From an uncultured Chloroflexia bacterium (lineage in GTDB: Bacteria > Chloroflexota > Limnocylindria > Limnocylindrales > CSP1-4), in NCBI GenBank assembly GCA_963746845.1, contig CAVVCZ010000007.1, positions 1-64,000 of the forward strand: a stretch of 64,000 nt of DNA, read 5' to 3'. The notes under the pieces are model-generated. The model was not told the DNA's origin and made no database searches. It saw only the letters and a program-made list of their open reading frames with translations. Shown in pieces: positions 57,549-64,000 of this stretch (position 1 is the first letter of the stretch; each line of letters opens with the position of its first letter). A program made the position numbers and the translations under genes.

Positions 57549-58470
57549 AGTGCACCCACCGCTTCTGGCCGAGAAACTGGATCGCCGTGATCCCCATGAT
57601 GATGACGAACAGGACCCATCCGGCCGCCGCAGCGAGTCCCATGTGCAGGAACCGCCAGCCCTCGTTGTAGACGTACATCACCAGCGTTTGGGTGGCATTG
57701 CCCGGACCGCCCTGGGTAAGCAGGAAGGGCTGCGCGAACACCTGGAACGACGTGATCAGGGTCAACGTGGTGGCGAAGAAGATCGACGGCGTGATCAGCG
57801 GCAGGGTCACGTGCCAGAACCGCTGCCGCCCGCTTGCACCGTCGATCGCGGCGGCCTCCAGTTGCTCCTGCGGCACCTGATCCATCGCCGTCGAAAACAC
57901 CAGGAAGTTGTAGCCGAAGCCCTGCCAGACTGACATGGCGACGATCGCCGGCATCGCCCACGCCGAAGACGCCAGGAAGATCGGCGCGCTGACGCCAAAC
58001 AGGCTCTGTGACGCGGAGTCCAGCAGTCCGCCCGGCTGGTACATCAGTCGCCACACCATGATGTTCGCGACCATCGGCGCCATGACCGGGATGAAGAACA
58101 GGATTCGGAACGCCCCGCGCCCCTTGATCTTTGGGGATACCCACGCCGCGAGGCCCAACGAGACGACGACGTTGAGTGGGACGTAGAGCACGACGAACAG
58201 GCACGTGTTGAGCACGACCTGGCGGAAGACGGCGTTTCCGAGAAGGCGCGAGTAGTTGTCGAGTCCGCGAAAGGTGGGGTCCCCGAAGACCGGCCAGTCG
58301 AACAGGCTCATGACCAGCGCCATCACCGTCGGGAACAACGTGAACAGGGCGAGGCCGAACAAGCTGGGCGCGAGGAAGATCAGGGCATAGCGACGGTCAC
58401 TCCGCAGGGGGTGTCGGACGTGCGCTCGTTCCGCGACCCCGGGCGGCGAAGCGGTGGTATCGATCGCCAA
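57538..58470 (-). CDS. Carbohydrate ABC permease (MalF-like)
   Basis: GLDNY, EAAAIDGA..QRFWHVTLP. Confidence 0.92.
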   Translation of the reverse strand: MAIDTTASPPGVAERAHVRHPLRSDRRYALIFLAPSLFGLALFTLFPTVMALVMSLFDWPVFGDPTFRGLDNYSRLLGNAVFRQVVLNTCLFVVLYVPLNVVVSLGLAAWVSPKIKGRGAFRILFFIPVMAPMVANIMVWRLMYQPGGLLDSASQSLFGVSAPIFLASSAWAMPAIVAMSVWQGFGYNFLVFSTAMDQVPQEQLEAAAIDGASGRQRFWHVTLPLITPSIFFATTLTLITSFQVFAQPFLLTQGGPGNATQTLVMYVYNEGWRFLHMGLAAAAGWVLFVIIMGITAIQFLGQKRWVHYDG

Positions 58471-58537
58471 TGGAGACGGCCTCGCATGCGATGTGGCGGC
58501 GACGCCACGAAGCGCCGCCGCCCCATCTTGCCTGAGC

Positions 58538-59851
58538 TCAGGATCCGGCCTGGTCCTGAACCGCCTGCAGGGCCGCTTCCGGCGTGATCTCGCCGCTCAG
58601 CGCTTGCACGCCGTACCGGTCGAACACGTCACCTGCCTGAACCCAGTTGTTCGGGGTGACCAACGGCACCGAATGCGCAGAGGCGTAGTCGAGCGTGTCG
58701 CGGGCGCCCTCGACGTTCGCGGCACCGTACCAGGAGTCCTGCACGGACGGTCGTGCCGGGAATGCGCGCCCGGCGGCGCCAAGCTCGGCCAGCGTCTTGT
58801 CGCCGGTCATCGAGGCGATGGCCTGGAATGCCGCGTCGGGATCCTTGCACTGCTTCGAGATCCCGAAGCCCGAACCAGCCGTGTAGGTCTTCGAGCCGCC
58901 CGCACCGGCCGGCATCGGAGCCACGCCTACGGGAAACTTCGACTGGCCCTTCACGCTGATCACCGACCAGGGCCCCTCGACCATCATCGCGGCCTGGCCA
59001 GAGGTGAATTGGTCGATCATCGTGGTCCAGCCAGCGCCGCCCGCACCGGGGCCCGGTGCTGCGACCTTGGGGTCTCGCATCAGATTGACGTACTGCGTAT
59101 AGCCATCAACGAATGCGGGCGAGGTGACGGCCAGCTTGCCGTTCTCGACCACCGGGGCGCCCGTGAGCGTCTGAACCCAGGCCAGGTAGGTCAGGTCCGC
59201 GGAAGCGGTGGCAAAACCGTACTTGCCGCCCGTGGTCAGCTTGTTCGCAGCCGCTTTGAAGTCGTCGACCGTCCAGCCGGCCTTCGGCTCCGCCACGCCG
59301 GCGGCTTTGAAGAGGTCGCGATTGTAGTAGAGGATCATTGGCCCGAAGTCGTACGGCAGGGCGATCTGCTTGCCGTCGTGCTTCAGCCCGTCGAGGATCG
59401 ACTGGTCGAAGTCCCCGGCCTTCACCCCGTATTTCGCCATGAGATCGTCCAGTGGCACCAGGCCGTCGCCATAGGCTGACTGGCGCAGGCTCTGCATCCC
59501 AACGATGCACGGCCCACTGGCACTGGTTAGCTGGGCACCGATCTTGGACCAGTAGTCGCCCCAAGGGCTGCCCTGCAGAGTCACCTTGATGCCTGGATGG
59601 TCGGCAGTTACCTGGGCGCCCACTTTCTCCCAGGCCGCCTGATCCTCTGTTCCACCGATCCAGAACTGCCACGTCAGGTCAGCACTCAGTTCTGAGGCTT
59701 GCGGAGCTGACGCCTGTGGGGTGGAGGCCTGTGGGGTGGAGGCCTGTGGGGCCGAAGGCTGGGGCGTACTGGTGGAGCTGCCGCACGCCGTGGCAAATAG
59801 CCCGACGGCGACGATGCCCACCACCACCCTCCATCTACCGAGAGGACGCAT
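58538..59851 (-). CDS. Sugar ABC substrate-binding lipoprotein
   Basis: GGAGGAG RBS, lipobox FATAC, (PQAST)n linker, LYYNRDLF, GQAAM..GPW. Confidence 0.9.
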   Translation of the reverse strand: MRPLGRWRVVVGIVAVGLFATACGSSTSTPQPSAPQASTPQASTPQASAPQASELSADLTWQFWIGGTEDQAAWEKVGAQVTADHPGIKVTLQGSPWGDYWSKIGAQLTSASGPCIVGMQSLRQSAYGDGLVPLDDLMAKYGVKAGDFDQSILDGLKHDGKQIALPYDFGPMILYYNRDLFKAAGVAEPKAGWTVDDFKAAANKLTTGGKYGFATASADLTYLAWVQTLTGAPVVENGKLAVTSPAFVDGYTQYVNLMRDPKVAAPGPGAGGAGWTTMIDQFTSGQAAMMVEGPWSVISVKGQSKFPVGVAPMPAGAGGSKTYTAGSGFGISKQCKDPDAAFQAIASMTGDKTLAELGAAGRAFPARPSVQDSWYGAANVEGARDTLDYASAHSVPLVTPNNWVQAGDVFDRYGVQALSGEITPEAALQAVQDQAGS

Positions 59852-59882
59852 GGCAATGACTCCTCCGTTCGATCGCCTCGGC

Positions 59883-59976
59883 CGTCCAGCATATTGGACA
59901 GGGGGCGGTAGGCTGGACATTATGGCATCGGGACGGGCCGAGTCAAGATACGGCACACCGGACAGCATGTTGAACG
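59883..59976 (-). promoter_or_regulatory. Promoter of the ABC/fucosidase operon with two IclR-like operators
   Basis: CGTCCAGCATATTGGACA (59883) and CGGACAGCATGTTGAACG (59959); minus-strand TTGACT...CATAAT. Confidence 0.7.
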
Positions 59977-60030
59977 ACGTCGAGGGCGAGTGACGTCGGC
60001 GATCGAGCCACAGGCCCCCGCCCGCGCCAG

Positions 60031-60094
60031 TTGACGCTGCGGTCGAGCGTGTCGTATCGTTCAGTCCTCGGGCTACTGGACAGCATGCTGAACG
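60031..60094 (+). promoter_or_regulatory. Promoter/operator homologous to 48634-48697
   Basis: TTGACG-N18-TATCGT...GGACAGCATGCTGAACG. Confidence 0.7.
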
Positions 60095-60261
60095 GCACAC
60101 TTGGAGCCACCTCGCCAAATGATGCCCCGCAGGTCCGCGGCACAAGCTACCGCGTGCACGGCACGCAGTTCGCTCCCGGACGGTCAACGCGTCCGGGTCG
60201 AGAGCGAGCGGATCGGCCTCGGTGACGCTTGCCGCGTCAATGCCAGAGTGGGATCCACATC

Positions 60262-61293
60262 GTGAACGAGACATCGGGTTCGCGCGACGAGCGCTTCCTT
60301 GTCACGGGGGCTCTGGGGTGCATTGGCGCATGGACGGTGCGGGCCCTCATTCGCGAAGGGGTTCCGGTCGTCGCGTTCGATCTTGGCCGGGACCTCCGGC
60401 GCGTCGCGATGATCGTCGAACCGGACGAGCTGGCCCGCATTGATTTCGTCACGGGTGACATCACGGATCTCGGCGCGATTGAACGCGCGCTCGCGGACCA
60501 CGACATCACAAACGTGATCCATCTCGCCGCGCTGCAGGTTCCGTCCTGCCGCGCCGACCCACCGCTTGGGGCACGCGTCAACGTTGCCGGCACCGTCAAC
60601 GTGTTCGAGGCCGTCCGGCGCCGTGGGCCGGGCATGGCCCCAGTCGTCTACACCGGATCCATCGGCATGTACTCGCTGTCGGACGTCAACCCGGTATCCG
60701 GTCGTCTCGAGGAGGACGCCGACGCACATCCCGGAAACCACTACGGCGTCTACAAGCGGGCGAACGAAGGCACAGCCAGGATCTATTGGGCCAATTCGGC
60801 CGTGCCGAGCGTGGGGATCCGACCGATGACCGTCTACGGTGCGGGGCGAGACCAAGGGTTGACGAGCAGCCCAACAGCGGCGATCGCCGCCGCGGTGCTC
60901 GGGACGCCGTTCCGGATCTCGTTCGGCGGGCGGACCCTGTTCCAGTACGCGGGGGATGTCGCGCGCACGCTCATCCTGGCGAGTCGGAGCGCCCCATCAG
61001 GGGCCACGGTCTTCAACCTCGGTGGAAACGCCGTCCACATGGACAACTGGGTCCGGGCGATCGAAGACGCGGTTCCCGAGGCGGCCGGGCTCATCAGCGT
61101 CGCCTCGACCGAGCTACCGTTTCCAGCCGACATTGCACACGATCGGCTGGCACAGCTCGGTGAGGTGCCGGTCACGTCATATGACAAGGCCATCGCAGAG
61201 ACGGCTGCGATCTACCGCCGACTTGCCCGCCAGGGTCGACTCGTCGGTGCCGAACACGGGGTCGCCCAAACCCCGGTGCCCGTCGGCAAGTGA
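60262..61293 (+). CDS. Extended SDR / NAD-dependent epimerase-dehydratase (copy 2)
   Basis: Close paralog of 46700-47713 (ERFLVTGALGCIGAWTVRAL, HYGVYKRANEGTAR). Confidence 0.9.
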   Translation: MNETSGSRDERFLVTGALGCIGAWTVRALIREGVPVVAFDLGRDLRRVAMIVEPDELARIDFVTGDITDLGAIERALADHDITNVIHLAALQVPSCRADPPLGARVNVAGTVNVFEAVRRRGPGMAPVVYTGSIGMYSLSDVNPVSGRLEEDADAHPGNHYGVYKRANEGTARIYWANSAVPSVGIRPMTVYGAGRDQGLTSSPTAAIAAAVLGTPFRISFGGRTLFQYAGDVARTLILASRSAPSGATVFNLGGNAVHMDNWVRAIEDAVPEAAGLISVASTELPFPADIAHDRLAQLGEVPVTSYDKAIAETAAIYRRLARQGRLVGAEHGVAQTPVPVGK

Positions 61294-61609
61294 TCCGCGC
61301 GCTCTTGACCCGTCGACAGCCTCGCCGTCCCGGCCGGCCTCCTCCAGGTCTGGGCGGCGAGGCTCGTTGATCGGCCGGGGCGCCGCGGACATGCCCATTT
61401 GAGGCCTCGTCAGGTTTGTTGGTCTGCCGGTCCGGCCTGCCGGATGCGGCGCGGGCGTGCCGCCGCCTCTCAGCACCATGGTCGGTCGCAGATTTGAGCT
61501 CACGGTCCGCGTCGTGACGACTGCGTCGATGCAGGAGCTGCGAGCCTGGGGGCAGGCGACGACCGACCGCCTGCCCGACGTCCCGGCGGGCGTGCCCTCG
61601 CGGCCGGGC

Positions 61610-62710
61610 TCACCCGACCGCGACCCGGCTCTGCTCGGCCCGGAGCCGCGCGTAGCCCGGCTTGACGATCTCGTTGATCAGGCGGAGGCGCTCGTCGAAC
61701 GGGGCGAACGCGCTCTTGAGCGCGTTGATCGTCAGCCACTCCATCTCGCCGAGCCCGATCCTGAACGCCTCGTCGAGCGCGGCGAACTCCGACGTGAGCG
61801 ATACACCGCTCATCAGCCGGTTGTCCGTGTTGACCGTGACCCGGAACCGCAGCCGGCGAAGGAGATCGATCGGATGGTCGGCGATCGTCGCGGCGGCGCC
61901 CGTGTGGACGTTCGATGTCGGGCACATCTCCAGGGGCACCCGACGATCGCGGACGAACGCGGCCAGCCGGCCGAGATGGACCGAGCCATCGTCGGCGATC
62001 GTGATGTCGTCGACGATCCGGACCCCGTGGCCGAGCCGCTCGGCGCCGGCGAACTGGAGCGCCTCCCAGATCGACGGCAGCCCGAACGACTCGCCCGCGT
62101 GGATCGTGATGTGGAAGTTCTCCCGGCGGACGAGGTCGAACGCGTCGAGGTAGCGCGTCGGCGGGTAGCCCTTCTCCGGCCCCGCGACGTCGAACCCGAC
62201 GACCCCCTCGTCGCGGTGGCGGACGGCGCACTCGGCCACCTCCACGGACCGCGCCGCCTGGCGCATCGCGGTGACGAGCATCTTCATCACGATCGGCCGA
62301 CCCGCCTCCGCCGCGCGCGCCGCGCCGATGCGGAACCCCTCCAGGTTGGCCACGACCACTTCGTCGAGGGTCAGCCCGTGCTCGGTCGAGAGCTCCGGGG
62401 CGTAGCGGACCTCGGCGTAGACCACGCCGTCAGCCGCCAGATCCTCCGCGCACTCCGCGGCGACCCGGATGATCGCGTCGCGCTCCTGCATGACCCCGAA
62501 CGTGTGCTGAAACGTCTCGAGATACAGCTCGAGCGACTTGCGGTCGGCGCCCCGCCGGAACCAGGTCGTCAGCTCGTCGACGTTCATCGTCGGCAGCTCG
62601 TGTCCGTACTCCCGGGCGAGGTCGACGATCGTCGCCGGGCGCAGGCCGCCGTCGAGATGGTCGTGGAGGAGCGCCTTCGGGGCGGTGCGGATCGTGTCCT
62701 GGGTGAGCAT
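61610..62710 (-). CDS. add: Adenosine deaminase
   Basis: PKALLHDHLDGGLRP, TIHAGE, RLGHG, EMCPTSN, VNTDNRLMS. Confidence 0.95.
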   Translation of the reverse strand: MLTQDTIRTAPKALLHDHLDGGLRPATIVDLAREYGHELPTMNVDELTTWFRRGADRKSLELYLETFQHTFGVMQERDAIIRVAAECAEDLAADGVVYAEVRYAPELSTEHGLTLDEVVVANLEGFRIGAARAAEAGRPIVMKMLVTAMRQAARSVEVAECAVRHRDEGVVGFDVAGPEKGYPPTRYLDAFDLVRRENFHITIHAGESFGLPSIWEALQFAGAERLGHGVRIVDDITIADDGSVHLGRLAAFVRDRRVPLEMCPTSNVHTGAAATIADHPIDLLRRLRFRVTVNTDNRLMSGVSLTSEFAALDEAFRIGLGEMEWLTINALKSAFAPFDERLRLINEIVKPGYARLRAEQSRVAVG

Positions 62711-62846
62711 GCGTCCTCGACCGCTGCGCGGGTTTGCGGGGATGGTACGACCGCCGCGGCTGGTCGGAGCCATCGTTGACCACGGACACCCCATCGGTTG
62801 AACGACCGATGACGCAGCCCATCCCACCGGGCCTACACTGCGCGCC

Positions 62847-64000
62847 ATGAAGCGCGCCGGTTCGATGCTCTGTCCCGTCATCCTCGGACGCGACGACTTG
62901 CTCGACCTGTTGGACGACTCGATCGCGGAGACACGCCAGGGTCGTGGCAGCACCCTGTTCCTGTCCGCTCCAGCAGGCCTCGGCAAGACCCGCCTGATCC
63001 GGGCCACCATCAGGAAGGCGGAGGCCGCCGGGCTCCGGGTTGACGGTGGCTCCGTCGCGCCGCAGGACCACCAGGTGCCGCTGGCGTCGATCCGCGAGAT
63101 GGCCGTCGGGATGCGCGGCAACGCCGCGTGGGGCACGCTGTCCGAGGACCTCCTCGCCATCGATGGCCACCACGACGGCGATGCGCTCGGGGCGCGACGG
63201 CTGATCGTCCGGGCGGCGGCGGACCGGATCCTCGCGGCGATCGACCGCCCGACGCTGCTCATCTTCGACGACCTCCACTGGACCGACGAGATGAGCCTGG
63301 AGGTCATCGGCGAGCTCGCGCGCCACAGCGCGGAGCGCGCGCTGTTCCTGCTGGCCGGCTATCGGGCCGACGAGTTCCGGCCGGACACGATCCACCGCGA
63401 GTGGCGTGCGCGGCTCTTGAGCCAGCGCCATGCGGAGGAGGTCCGCCTCCGGCCACTCACCCGCGAGGAGACCGGAACCGCGACCACGCTCATCCTCGGC
63501 GGCGAGCTGCCGGCGCCGCGTGAGGTCGTCGACGCGGTCCACGACCGGACAAACGGGATTCCGCTCCACATCGAGGAGCTCCTCGCCGCGCTGGGCGACG
63601 ACGAGCGGCGCGACGGTCGGCGCATCCGCGACGCCCATGTGCCGGACACCATCGGCGATGCAGTCCTGGCCCGGCTGGCCCGGCTGTCCGGCAATGCCCA
63701 GCTGGTCGCGCGAGCGGGCGCCGTCATCGGGCGCTGCTTCAGCCCGGACGTGATCGCCGGCCTGCTCGATCGCCCGCTGGTGGAGCTCGAACCAACGATC
63801 GCCGAACTCGTTGACGCCTCGATCCTTTACCCGTTCGACTACATCGACCAGGGCTACTACGACTTCCGTCACCAGCTCCTGCGCGACGCGATCTACGGCG
63901 CCGTCCCGCCGTCGCAGCTGCGGAAGTTCCACGCCCAGGCCGCCGAGTTCGTGATGACGCTCGAGGGGTCCAGCGTGGTCCACGCATCGCGTCATTACGA
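62847..64000 (+). CDS. AAA/STAND ATPase, probably a LuxR-type regulator; 3' end runs off the window
   Basis: Manual translation: CPVILGRD, APAGLGKTRL, LIFDDLHWTD, RTNGIPLHIEEL, YDFRHQLLRDAIY. Confidence 0.88.
   Translation, partial: MKRAGSMLCPVILGRDDLLDLLDDSIAETRQGRGSTLFLSAPAGLGKTRLIRATIRKAEAAGLRVDGGSVAPQDHQVPLASIREMAVGMRGNAAWGTLSEDLLAIDGHHDGDALGARRLIVRAAADRILAAIDRPTLLIFDDLHWTDEMSLEVIGELARHSAERALFLLAGYRADEFRPDTIHREWRARLLSQRHAEEVRLRPLTREETGTATTLILGGELPAPREVVDAVHDRTNGIPLHIEELLAALGDDERRDGRRIRDAHVPDTIGDAVLARLARLSGNAQLVARAGAVIGRCFSPDVIAGLLDRPLVELEPTIAELVDASILYPFDYIDQGYYDFRHQLLRDAIYGAVPPSQLRKFHAQAAEFVMTLEGSSVVHASRHY

Noticed and set aside
59700-59765. 15-bp tandem repeat as a regulatory element
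   Set aside because: Encodes an ordinary PQAST lipoprotein linker.
61294-61609. Possible small ORF or RNA between the SDR and add
   Set aside because: No convincing RBS, motif or structure.

Overview
Very GC-rich (roughly 70%) bacterial chromosomal window. The gene repertoire suggests a Chloroflexota (Limnocylindria-like) or Actinomycetota-like soil organism; this is inference only. I see no rRNA, tRNA, CRISPR array, transposase or prophage. The left ~34 kb is accessory-rich: three toxin-antitoxin loci, a VWA/FN3 surface protein with a diguanylate cyclase, a papain-fold/KAP-NTPase fusion lacking the catalytic Cys next to a ferritin-like gene, two ECF sigma/anti-sigma modules with recognisable promoters, a STAND-LuxR regulator flanked by a shared 34-bp motif, a lipoprotein with a C-terminal Hint domain and a CPIC motif, a caspase-family peptidase and an orphan EACC1-like gene. 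The middle holds trxB, an AT3-SGNH O-acyltransferase, osmC and an argCJBRG operon with tandem ARG boxes. The right part holds a non-phosphorylative L-fucose catabolic regulon (IclR, GH29 fucosidase, sugar ABC importer) with duplicated promoter/operator elements, then adenosine deaminase and a truncated STAND ATPase. Several single-base frameshifts, clustered at 49-51 kb, look like long-read consensus errors. All product calls come from motif recognition by eye; no database search was run.
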